Assembly (NCBI RefSeq): GCF_006345805.1
Contig: NC_043018.1
Span: 13,268,001-13,332,000, forward strand
Reading direction: 5' to 3'
From: Octopus sinensis
Lineage: Eukaryota
Length of the DNA stretch: 64,000 bases
The notes beneath the pieces were generated by a model, which searched no databases, was not told the origin of the DNA, and saw nothing but the letters and a program-made list of their open reading frames with translations. Shown in pieces: positions 29,551-42,720 of the stretch. Both the position numbers and the translations under genes were made by a program. The first letter of the stretch is position 1; each line of letters begins with the position of its first letter.

Positions 29551-31287
29551 GTATTTATATAGGCACAGGAGTGGCTGTGTGGTAAGAAGTTTGCTTCCCA
29601 ACCACATGGTTCCGGGTTCAGCCCCACTGCCTGGCACCTTGGGCAAGTGTCTTCTGCTATAGCCTCAGACTGACCAAAGCCTTGTGAGTGGATTTGGTAG
29701 ACGGAAACTGAAAGAAGCCCGTCATGTATATATGAATGTGTTTGTTATTTGTGTCTGTGTTTGTCCCTCCCAACATCGCTTGACAACCGATGTTGGTGTG
29801 TTTATGTCCCTGTCACTTAGTGGTTCAGCAAAAAGAGACTAATAAGTACTAGGCTTACAAAGAATAAGTCCTGGAGTTGATTTGTTCAACTAAAGGTGGT
29901 GCTCCAGCATGGCTGCAGTCAAATAACTGAAATAAGTAAAAGAATAAAGGAATGTGTGTGCATGTATTAACATCACAATTTTACATCTACTTCTCATGTT
30001 GTCAAGGCCTGGATGTGTTGTCAAGGCCTGGATGTGTTGTCAAGGCCTGAATCAGTTCTTATTTGGAAGTTGTTGTTTTCCTAGATCAGTTGGAGGATCA
30101 CATCTCACTTGTACCTTCAATTGTCTGTTGTTGTATGTGTGTGTGTGTGACATTTGTGCCTCCTCGTCATGATGTTGCGTGATAGTTATAGAATGTGTGT
30201 CACCGTCATACAAGCGGTGCCATGGTTTTATCTTCCATAATGACATGGCCTGTTCCTGGGGAAATCTTACCTTGTTTGAGACAAATGAGGGGTGGTGGCA
30301 GGAAAGACATTTGGCCAGAGAAAGTCTGCCTCAAGGGTTTCCATCCGACCCATGCAGACATGGAAAAGTGGACGTTAAAACAACGACAGATACACACAGA
30401 CACACACATGCACACGTACATACATAGGCGCAAGCACATACGCTCACATACGCTAACTGAAAAGATAAAAAAAAACGTGTTAATGAACTGTGAGTAAACA
30501 GGGCAGCAATATAAACCTCCAGATTTTAAAAGAAAGAAGTCCATTCAAATATTAGGAACGTATTTCAATTAACACTTTCAGGCCATAAATTTCGAATGCT
30601 GGTAAATATTTATTGAAATCACTTGAATGTTAATTAGTATATATCTGGAAGTGCTTTGGGAATTTTCCAGAGTTTGTGTTCTTTTTCTTTCCAGACATTT
30701 GTGTTTTCCTTTTTTTTATTGCTTTTGTTTGTTTCTTGGTTTATGCATGCTTGAAATTGTAGGCTCACAATATGACTTGTCACTTCGACTTTGCATGTAA
30801 AGTGCTCCTTTGGGATGTTTTAATTATCTCTATGAGTATGTGTGCATGCATGCGTGTGTGTGTGCATGCATGCGTGTATATGGTTGTGTGTGTGTATATA
30901 TATGCCTATATATATATGGTTGTCTATATATTTGTATGTGTATGTATGTATATATAAAAAATAAATGAGAGATAAAACCATTATTATGCAACTCAGTGAT
31001 AGACATAAACCAAAACATAAATAACAAATAAAATATATTTTTATAAAACATATAACCAGATCTCAAAAAGTATAAAAAGCATAAAAACTTTTTGAGATCT
31101 GGTTATATGTTTTATAAAAATATGTATTATTTGTTATTTATGTATTGGTTTATGTCTATCATTGTTTGAGTTGCATAATAGTGCTTTTATCTCTCATTTA
31201 TATTTTATATATTTATATTGTGAAATTTGATTCAATACTAAACTGAATTTTTCCCTGTAAGTTTGGAGTCAGACTCCCTAATATTAT

Positions 31288-31318
<31 letters not shown>

Positions 31319-31909
31319 TGTAGCTTTTAAATGATTCTATCCACTGGCCAACATTTTGAATCATGAAAACCATTTCTGTAGAGTTCTTTCAGTAACAGTG
31401 TCTTCCCCATGCACAGCACAAATGTTCTCGAGTGGCTTTGACAGCTTTGGAACTCTTTGACAATTGAAAGTGAAGAGAAGCGCTTCACCCTTTACCATTC
31501 AGCTTACTCTACGATGCTTATTTATTCACACTGTTTTGAATTAATCAGGCATTTACCTGGTGGCTTTGAGATTTCGACGGTGTGTTGGTTTAGCTTTAGA
31601 ATGACATTGTAGGGTAGGTGTAAGAGGCTGAATCTTGCCAGTTTGAACATAAAACACCTGGAATATTGAGCTGGATATAACCTGTTTAAACAGGTTTGTT
31701 TTTCTACTTGACACTCTGTTGTTACACGTCTGAAAAGAAATGAGATTTATTCAAATTTTAAAAGCAGAAAAATGAAAGTTGTAGAGATAAGATAGAGCTA
31801 CAAAAATCTGTAAAACACTGATAAATATATTGTCAGGTTGAATCAAATAACATTAAAAAGAAAATTAATAATTTATCTGACAACCTAACCCACGTGCGTG
31901 CAATATATG

Positions 31910-31956
<47 letters not shown>

Positions 31957-34900
31957 ATGCATATCATCATATATTAATACTGAGTTACTTTGCACTCTTA
32001 AATAATTTATTACACATGTTTCAGAGATTATTACTAATACTCAGTGTCTAAGACGGTTGCCAACCACATCTTTTGGCACTAATATTACCGATATCTTTAA
32101 CATTCTGTGATTTTGACACAGCAGATATTTCTTTTCAGTCGGTTTGTTTCTCATCTTCATGAACGAATTTTTATTGTCTGCTTCATTCCAAATTTTATTT
32201 TTATTTTTTAATATTTCTTCCGTTTTAATTTCGAACTTAATTTTTCAGTGACACGCTCTCTCATTGGGCAGACTTCCGGTCAAAGGCGTTCTGTCAATGT
32301 GGCAGAGCTTAGAAAAACCATCAGCAAGGCTCCTTCATTCCTCAGTTAAGTTGTAAAAGAAGTAAAAATGGATCTACTGATTCCTCAGCCGGTTGTTTGC
32401 TAAACTATAATACTTGTTCTAAACCAGCGATTCTCAACTGGGGTTCACATGGCCCTTGGTGGGGGTGGGGGTGGGGGGCATCAATACACAAAACATCTTA
32501 ACAGTTTTTTTTAATACAATTCCTAATAATATTTAATTATAACAGTATAATAGGATGTTTTAAAACATTGACTGGGTACGAGGGTCTAGTAGAGTGAAAT
32601 AGGGATTAAAGGGACCCATAATTAAAAAGTGGTTGAGAAACACTTCTAAACTATAATATTTGTTCTCTAATAACTGTTTAAATAGTCAGAAATGGGCTCT
32701 TGTTGAAGGATCTCTGGAGTAACGTTACTTGACTGGGTGCATAGCTTGGGTGCATGTTACTTCTCTGCATTGAGGGGGTCTCAGCTCCAGTACTATGAGC
32801 CTGGGATCAATGTGTCAGAGAAAAGAATTGCGTGACAGATTTCTTCAAGCTGAGCCAACCAGCAGGAGACCCCAGGCTGGAGCAAGAATGAAATGGCTGA
32901 ATGGAATCCTTGGTCTCAGTTGGTGATGTTTGGGGATCCAACAGGAAAGTCTATTGACAATTGCTTCTGAGGACTCTCCCCCCATGACTCTTCCAGGAAT
33001 AATAGATGGAGATGGATGATGTGATTGTAATCAGGTTTCTTTTATTTCCTGACAACTAAATAAAATGGTAGATTATTGGGAGGAGAAATGTCGATTCCTT
33101 GAATTGGTCAGTTGTTTGGTCTCTGAGAGCAAAGTCTTCAGTTATATTAATGACCAGAGGTTAAGGGGTTGAGTCAGTTTTTTTTTACCATCTCTGATTA
33201 TTCTCTTTTGTCTTTTCTGATCAATCACTTGGTCTTCTCTGACCAGTGACTTAATATTCTTTTATCACTCACTTGAATCACTCATTGTTAATCTATGATT
33301 AGTCACTTTGTAACTGACAGAGTGCCACTTAGATCTGTTGATGTGAGGCCAGAATGAAGTGATTGTTCCCAAGGGCAATGACAGAGCAACAACTAGAAAT
33401 TCAGTGCCAGCTGATACAGGTTCAATTCCCAGATAGTTTGTCACCTTTCTTCAAAATTCTCATTCATAAATGTTTAAAATATGTATCTCAATATGTTAAT
33501 GCTAACATTGCAATGAATGGAGCATTCAAAGCTAACTCGTGGTAAAATAATAACCAGTTAGACCAACAGATAGATGGCTATTACAAAAAAGTTAGAAACT
33601 TTGGAAGCTAATTAGAAATAATTATGACATAAGGAAAAAACAAACGAACAAATTATTAGTAAATCATTAATGTTTTTATTTGTTTACAAGTATGGGAGAT
33701 AACTTTAGATATGTTTTAGTATTAGTCTGACATCATCAGTGAAGCTTTGTTTTCTCCATACTTGTCACAGTATTGAAGCTTTTGTAGAGTAGAGGGTCCG
33801 TCTCACGGACAATTCTCTAATTGGGCTCCACACTTCTTACCACTGGCCCTGGGTGGCAGTGGTGAGGAAACAGATACAAACACAATGAAACAATGTGATG
33901 ATGGCTTTTTGCTGTTGCTAGTTTCTTTATACAATCTAACACAAATATTGCAAACCACGGTAGAGATGGTCTGGAGCAGTGACTGGGGTCCACATGACCC
34001 TTGTAGGGTCCATATAAGATTTTGTTGTTAGAATTTATCTGCAATAGATTGGTTATACTTCTGTAATACACAAAATATTTCAACTTTTTTTTAAATACAA
34101 TTCCCAATAATATTTAATTCTAAAAATATATAAAAAAAAAGATTTTTTAAACATTGAAACATAACTATGTGGGTCCATCAAGTAAAGTAACAATGAAAGG
34201 GGTTCAGAGGTAAAAAGTAGTTGAGAAACAATGGTCTACAGAAACAATTATAGAACATAATTTGATGAAGGGAGACGTGATGATGACGATGATGATCGCT
34301 GTTGTTGCTAATCTATATATATAAAGCTGAAGTTGTCTGTGCGTGTGGCAGGTATTGGTAGCCTTCAACTAACACTATCTCCTTCGAGATCCTGCGGCGC
34401 AAGTTGACCAAAATTGAGAGTATGGTAGAAGAAGGCTTGTTCTTCATTCCGTAGAAGAAAAAATTCAAATCGGACCATGTTAAGACCAAAAACAATTTAC
34501 ATCAAAAAGGTGCTTTTTTTTCTATGAAAATCTCTATGGTGTCGCCATTTTTCGGTGTATTTCAACCAGAAAAATGTTCACTGAAAGACAATGAGAAGCA
34601 ACATAATTCAAAATTTTTACTTTTAAAAAATTCCAATTCTAAAGGGTCGAAAAGAAATCAAACCCGAGCAACGCCAGGCTATACTACTAGTTACTTTATA
34701 TTGTCTGACATAATATTATGAACTGTTGTGGTGGTGGAGAAACATTTAGTGATATTGGTGTTGCTCATAATGATGATGATGATGATGATACCAACTTCTG
34801 CTATTACTAATTCTTTTTTATAAGATGTATATAAAACATGCATAAAACTCAATTTAATGATGTTGATAAAGATTATTATTATTATCATTATTATTATTAT

Positions 34901-36884
34901 TATTGTTATTGTTAAGGCGGTGAGCTGGCAGGATCGTTAGCACACCAGGCTAAATGCTCCGTGGTATTTTGTCTGCTGTTACATTCTGAGTTCAAATTCT
35001 GCCGAAGTTGACTTTGTCTTTCATCCTTTCAGGGTCGATAAATTAAGTACCAGTTGAGTACTGGGGGTTGATGTAATCGACTATCCCCCCTCCCCCAAAT
35101 TTCAGGCCTTGTGCCTCTAATAGAAAGGATTATTATTATTGTTGTTGTTACGAAGGTGGTGAACTCACAGAACCATTAGCATGTCGGGCAAAATGCTTTG
35201 TGGCATTCTGTCTGTCTTTACATTCTGAGTTCAAATCTTACTGAGTTCGATTTTTACCTTAAATCCTTTTGGGATTGATAAAATAAAGTATGAGGGTTAA
35301 TATCTAGATCTGCACCCGGTGGGGAAAAATGGAAACGAAAATGTGCAACAGTTGTAATGCATCGGTATATTAAAGGAATATGAGGAAAAAAATGCAGGGG
35401 TGGGGAGAGGGCTCGGAAAATTCCCACCATCAACCGTACAGAATTGTTGAATAAACATTGCATTAGAAGTAATAAATGATTTCTGTTTCACTCCTGGGAC
35501 CGGGTGTTGAGGTTTAGCGCTCAGATTCTGAACGGGTGATCGTGTGAATTTTCCAAGCGCCCTCCCCCCCGCCCGTTTGTCAGCGTGCATTTTTTTCCCC
35601 TCATATTCCTTTCATATATGGTGCATTACAACTGTTACGCATTTTTGTTTCCATTTTCCCCCACCGGGTGCGGATTTAGATATTAAACCAGTATCAGCTG
35701 AGCAACTGGGATTGACGTAATCAACCCCCGCCCCCCCCCCGTTCCAAATTGCTGGCCTTGTGCCTCTTCACTAGCAAGAATTATTATTGTTATAATTATT
35801 TACTATTTCTGCCTGTTGCTTATTCCTTTATAGGAGCTGACATCTTGATATAATATCATGGATCAGGAATGTACATGCTTACAGAGAAACACACATTATA
35901 TGATAATGATGATCGTGGCTACAATGGTGATCGTGGTTTCAATTGTAGTTGTGGTGGATTTGAAATGAAATTTGAAGGTTTCTTCAACACAGACTAAGCT
36001 TCTTTCTTTTTTCCTTCCTTGCCGTTAATGTGACTGTGTTATTGCTTTTCCTTTATTGCCAGTTAGTGGAAACGTTCAACCGATGTCGTCAAGAGTGCCT
36101 GGACTTCCACATGAGCTCAGTAACAATGTACACACAGAGCTGTCGCAGTTTGTCCACAGCCACACCGCAAGGTGAATAATAATAATAATAATAGTAACAG
36201 TAATAATAATACAATCCAACCTCTACAAAAACAAGTTTGGTTTTTTTTTTTGTTGCATGTATATGTATCTATTCCTGGTGTATTATTTTGTTTTTCATTT
36301 TTGTTTGTAGTGTGTTAAAAAACCCCCTGAAGGCAGAGGTCCCTAAATGGCATGGCATAGTACACCGGTGTGCTTTGGGAAGATAGGTGTGTAGTTATGT
36401 GCACTGCAAAAATAATACCTAATTGAGAGAAGCCTGTTGTGTGTGTGTGTGTGTTTTTGTTATGTAAGTGTGTGTTTTTGAGTTTCTGTTTATAACCCCC
36501 CCCCTCTTGACAACTGGTGTTGTTGTGCTGATGTCCCTGTAATTTAGCAGTTCAGCAAAAGAGACCAATATTGTGAGTACCAAGCTGAAAAATGATATGT
36601 ACTAGGGCCGATTTGTTTGACTAAAACCCTTCAAGGCAGTGGCCCGGTATGGCTGCAGTACAGTGACTGACTGAAACAAGTAAAAGATAAAAGATATATG
36701 TATGCATATATATATATATATATATATAGGTGCAGGCATGGCTGTGTGGTAAGAAGCTTGCTTCCCAACCACACGGTTCTGGGTTCAGTCCCACTGCATG
36801 GCACCTTGGGCAGGTGTCTTCAACTTTAGCTTCGTGCCAACCAAAGTCTTGTGAGTGGATTTGGTCAATGGAAACTGACAGAAG

Positions 36885-36945
<61 letters not shown>

Positions 36946-37834
36946 TAGTTGCGTGTGTTTTTGTGTGTGTTTGTCACCCCATCACTGCTTGACGATCGGT
37001 GTTGGTGTGCTTACGTCCCTGTAACTTAGTGGTTTGGCAAAAGAGACTGATAGAATAAATACCAGGCTTAAGGAATAAGTCCTAGAGTCGATTTGTTTGA
37101 ATAAAACCCACGTGGCCATGCTGGTGGTGCTCCGGCATGGCTACAATCAAATAACTGAAACAAGGAAAGGAATAAAAGAATCCACACATGAAATTAATAG
37201 TGACCGAAGCATTATTAAAGCCAAATTCTGGCAGTTCTGACCGGTGTGGTGGCCAGTCTCTGCTCACCAGCAATATAAAAGCCAATTGCAGTCCATACGA
37301 GAGGTTCTCTCACGGTAAATAACACAGTATTCGGTGTTTTAACTAAACATCCACTTTTAGTGGGTGATAAATATTAACTTGTGTGTGTGTGTGTGTGTGT
37401 GTGTTTTTGTTATGTAAGTGTGTGTTTTTGAGTTTCTGTTTATAACCCCCCCCCTCTTGACAACTGGTGTTGTTGTGCTGATGTCCCTGTAATTTAGCAG
37501 TTCAGCAAAAGAGACCAATATTGTGAGTACCAAGCTGAAAAATGATATGTACTAGGGCCGATTTGTTTGACTAAAACCCTTCAAGGCAGTGGCCCGGTAT
37601 GGCTGCAGTACAGTGACTGACTGAAACAAGTAAAAGATAAAAGATATATGTATGCATATATATATATATATATATATAGGTGCAGGCATGGCTGTGTGGT
37701 GAGAAGCTTGCTTCCCAACCACACGGTTCTGGGTTCAGTCCCACTGCATGGCACCTTGGGCAGGTGTCTTCAACTTTAGCTTCGTGCCAACCAAAGTCTT
37801 GTGAGTGGATTTGGTCAATGGAAACTGACAGAAG

Positions 37835-37865
<31 letters not shown>

Positions 37866-39716
37866 TGAGAGAGAGAGAGAGATAGTTGCGTGTGTTTTTG
37901 TGTGTGTTTGTCACCCCATCACTGCTTGACGATCGGTGTTGGTGTGCTTACGTCCCTGTAACTTAGTGGTTTGGCAAAAGAGACTGATAGAATAAATACC
38001 AGGCTTAAGGAATAAGTCCTAGAGTTGATTTGTTTGAATAAAACCCACGTGGCCATGCTGGTGGTGCTCCAGCATGGCTACAATCAAATAACTGAAACAA
38101 GGAAAGGAATAAAAGAATCCACACATGAAATTAATAGTGACCGAAGGATTATTAAAGCCAAATTCTGGCAGTTCTGACCGGTGTGGTGGCCAGTCTCTGC
38201 TCACCAGCAATATAAAAGCCAATTGCAGTCCATACGAGAGGTTCTCTCACGGTAAATAACACAGTATTCGGTGTTTTAACTAAACATCCACTTTTAGTGG
38301 GTGATAAATATTAACTTGTGTGTGTGTGTGTGTGTGTGTATGCATTTATGTATTTGTATGTTAGTGCATGTGTATGTGATTTCTGTGTGTATGGTGCTCC
38401 AACATGGCCCAGCAGGCTGAAACTGGTAAAAAAGAAACATATATGATGTCTATATTTGTACATGTATAAAGAACCTCATTGGTCAAGAATGACCATCGGT
38501 TTGCACATAGAAGTTGCCCTCTAAGACACAAGTTCGTGCAAAATTGTTTGTGGAAGAGCAGCAGTCACCGATGCACACCAGCCTCCCCTCTGCATGTCAC
38601 TGATGTTATCCAAGGGAAATGCAAAGGGGCCGATACAGCTTGGTACCAGTGATGTCACATCATCTCATTTCTACAGCTGAGTGAACTGGAGCAAGGTGAA
38701 ATAAAGTGTCTTGCTCAAGAACACTAAGACACAGCCCAGTCCAGGAATCGAACTCACAACCTCACGATTGTAAGCTTGACAGTCTAACCACTGAACCATG
38801 CACCTTTATGTGTCTATCTATCTATCTGTGAGTGTGTGTGTGTGTGTGTCTATGTGGAGTATGATAATTCTTTTTTATGCTTCCCAAAACAAATTTGGTG
38901 ATTCTGGTTTTTGTTTGTCCATTCATTTGTTTTCAAGAATATTTCCACTTCCCACTCACAGACTGTAATTTTGTTTGCACCTCTCTCGTTTCATTTCTGC
39001 TTTTTAATTAAATTGGTGATCAGCAATCAAAAGAAGAATTCAGTATTGAAACATTTTGTTGTTTTTTTCCCCCCCTCCCATTTTCTTCTTTTTGTTTTCC
39101 ACCCCTAAAGACACACAGACATCAACAAAATGTTTCTGTGTATCTTTTAAATTAGTCCCATCGTTTATTTTATTCAATTGTTCATGTTGTAATTTTGTTT
39201 CTTATATTTTGTTCTTTCTTCTTTGTTTTTTTTAAAGAAAAAAATAAGGCAAACACTACAAAGAAAGTTAAGACATTTTGGAACAAATGTCCTTGCATTC
39301 TTTCATCTTTCAGTGTTGGTGGGTAAATAAAATAAGCGAAATTTAATCATTTATTTTGTATAGCATCTACATTTTTTATTAAATTCCGTTCATTTTAGTA
39401 CTGATAAAAATTGCATTGTATTTTTACCACTAGACTGCATTTCGATAGCATTCTTCACCAGTTGATCCCATGTCTTATTTATGGATTGCATGCGGTTCCA
39501 GACTGGATTTGAAACGGAAACCTTCATTAAAAAGAAAAACTAGGCCACTTAATGCATGTTTATATCCAGTTTGGCTGCTTTCTACAGTTTGAGGAATTAA
39601 GACATGTGATGAAGATCATCAGAGATAAAAATCATGAATTAATAAATAATCCAAAATTCTAATATCCGAAAGTTGATGAACAAACTAAACTTGTCTCTCC
39701 ATTTTCTTATTTGTAT

Positions 39717-39759
<43 letters not shown>

Positions 39760-41846
39760 TTTATAGAAGGAGCTTCTACAGGACTAGAACTGTTTCATTC
39801 AAATGAAATCTTCAGGAAGCTTCCTGAAGATTTCATTTGAATGAAACAGTTCTAGTCCTGTAGAAGCTCCTTCTATAAAATAAATTAATTTACTCTGCTA
39901 TGTATTGAGTACCTTATTTACTGTGGTTAACCCCAACTCAACCCGGGACCTACATATATATGTATATATATATATATTTAGAAACCTGGTGTAATATATA
40001 ATCTTCAATATTCTTGATAAACCTTGGCAATCTGGAAAAGAAAACAACTGTCTTTACCCACCAACCTCCAGCTTGGCTTCACTTGTAAATCTATATTTTA
40101 CACAGGCTTCTTAAGCATTATTTTTTAGTCTCTTGATTGCCTTCGATGTTTCTCTTGGTGCTCATTGCTTGAATTGCCTTCATTCAAATGTGTGTGTTTT
40201 GTTTTGCTTGTTGTTTTCTTCAGTAATTTTTGGCTTTTTGTATCTTGTCTTGCATTGAACACTTGAAATAATTTCCACAGGAAAAAGTGCCTTTGTTACA
40301 TAAGTTTGTATGTGTATACACATATAAAAATAAGTAAATATATATATGTAATATATATATATATATATATATAATATATATATATATATACATACATACA
40401 TATATATATATATGGATGTAAAGCATTATCAATACACACATGCACACTTATGTGTGTGTATACAAGGTCCCATTGATAAGTATCTGGACTGTTAATCTAG
40501 TAATGAACCTAAAGCATGCAGACTAAAGCCACTTAGTACTGATTGACCTTGAACTCTGTAGTGCACGCGCACTAAGTTTTAACGTTCTCGCTCACTTCTG
40601 CTGTTTACAGCAGTGCTTGGAAGGAAGGGGTGTAGCGTGTGATTGTTGCATTGAGCAGAGAATCTGCATCAAATCTTGCCACATGCTTGGTGATATCAGC
40701 TCAGAGGCCTTTATTATTATTTTTTTTATGTTACTGGTTCCAATCATTTGACTGCAGCCATGCTGGAGCACCACCTTTAGTCGCACTAATTGACTCCAGG
40801 ACTTACCCTTTGTAAGTCTAGTATTTATTCTATTGGTCTCTTTTGCTGAACTGCTAAGTTACAGTGATGTAAACTCACCAATATCGGTTGTCAAGTGATG
40901 ATGGAGGGAACAAACACAGACAGACATATATATATGATGCGCTTTCAGTTTCCATCTACCAAATCCATTGAAGGATTTGGTTGGCCTGAGGCTATAATGG
41001 ATGACACTTGCCCAAAGTGCCATGTAGTGGGACTGAACCCGGAACCATGTGGTTGGGAAGCAAGCTTCTTACCATACAGTCACACCGCAAAGTTTTCAAA
41101 ACGTTTTCATAATTCTCAACACAATGAAGGTGATCTTGTGCCACTGAAACCCGAGTGTCTTTTTGGTCAGCTGAAAGCAGTTTTGGCACAAACTTGGCAG
41201 ACGTGCGCCTCATAGCCAAATCTTCAGTGATGATGGACTGAACTGAACCATAACTAATCTGTACATCCTCTGATAACTCACGGATGATGATTAGATGATT
41301 TCCCCTCACAGCTGCATGCACATCTGTGATGTTTTCCCCAATTCTGCTGGTTGTGGGTCTCCCAGAACTTTCGTCAATATTGACATTTTTTCAGCCATCT
41401 TGGAAACATCTGAACCACTTGTACACGGCTCTTATATTCCTCTCCATACACTTTCTGCAACCTTGCATAGGCCTCTGAGCATGTAGTGCCATGACAACTT
41501 TTACAGTCATGGTCAAATCAATGATCACACACTACACACCTTCCTTCCAAGCGCTGCTGTAAATAGCAGAAGCGAGCTAGAATGTGAAAACTTAGTGCAC
41601 ATGCACTACAGAGACTTCAAGGTCAATCTGTGCTGAGTGACTTCATTCTGCGTACTTTAGCTTCGTTACTATGGTAACAGTTGTGATACTTATTAATCAG
41701 ACCTTGTATATACATATATATGTATGTATGTATATATGTGTATGTGTATGTATGTATATATGTGTATGTGTATGTATGTATATATATATATGTATATGTA
41801 TGTATATATGTATATGTATGTATGTATATATGTATATGTATGTGTG

Positions 41847-41892
<46 letters not shown>

Positions 41893-42688
41893 CATATGTA
41901 TATAGATATGTGTACGTGTGTGTATATATATATGCATATGTATGTGTGTGTGTGTGTGTATATATATAGATATGCACTCACACATATGTCTTGTCATCAT
42001 TCAACGTCCAGCTTTTCCTACTTGCATCTGTCGGATGGAATTTGTTGAGGCAGACCTTCTTCAGCTCAATGACAAAGGTACCCATAAACAATATTTACTG
42101 GAGAGCAGCCCTCAATGCCCTTCCTGTCACCAAGCAAGGTAATATTTTCCCATAAACACACACGATGCCCAGTCTGGGAATTGAAACCACGATCCTACGA
42201 CCACGAGTCCCCTGCCCTAACCACTGGACCATTGCGCCTCCACATCTGTCTATATATGTGTGTGTGTGTGTGTGTGAGTTGAGTGAGCTTATTTGTTGAA
42301 CAAGATTGGAAGAACTGAGGTCCAAGACTTTCCTCTGCAGCCGAGCGCTCATCCGTTTCTTCATTTCCCACTTTTGCATTTGCAGGGATGGTGGTGGTGG
42401 GGGGGGGGGACAGGATGGAAGATGGAACGAGATTGCTGCTCTCCAGTAAATATTGTTTGTGGTTACCGTTGTCTTGGCATCCGGTGATGGCTGGAAGCGA
42501 GCACCGTTGTCAATGAAGTTGTTGATGTTCATTTTCAGTCTTCCTTGAAAACATGTCTGGCCACGAGGAAAATATTACCTTATTTGAGGAACAGGTGAAG
42601 GTTGGTAACAGGAAGGGCATCCAACTGTAGAAAATCTGCCTCTGTAAATTCCATCTCATCCATGCAAGGCTGGGAAATGGATGATGTG

Positions 42689-42720
<32 letters not shown>

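Larger units (their letters stand above)
39754..39953. mobile_element. Fold-back element in (TA)n, probable truncated Penelope-like insertion with inverted pseudo-LTR
   Basis: Perfect 66+66 bp inverted repeat centred on AAG|CTT (39819/39820). The right arm continues into a ~70-nt unique tail. (TA)n tracts flank both sides. Contains a hammerhead motif. Confidence 0.6.

Noticed and set aside
32240-32340. ACTTCCGG and CCAAT-like motifs suggesting an internal promoter
   Set aside because: Short motifs are expected by chance; no CpG island or downstream ORF supports it.
32700-33000. GC-richer stretch possibly from an LTR gag gene
   Set aside because: Only a vague motif resemblance, with no LTRs or pol motifs; left unassigned.
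41623-42048. Cluster of 80-125 aa ORFs on both strands
   Set aside because: They are translations of a compound TA/TG microsatellite (YIYIHT repeats); no splice context or homology.
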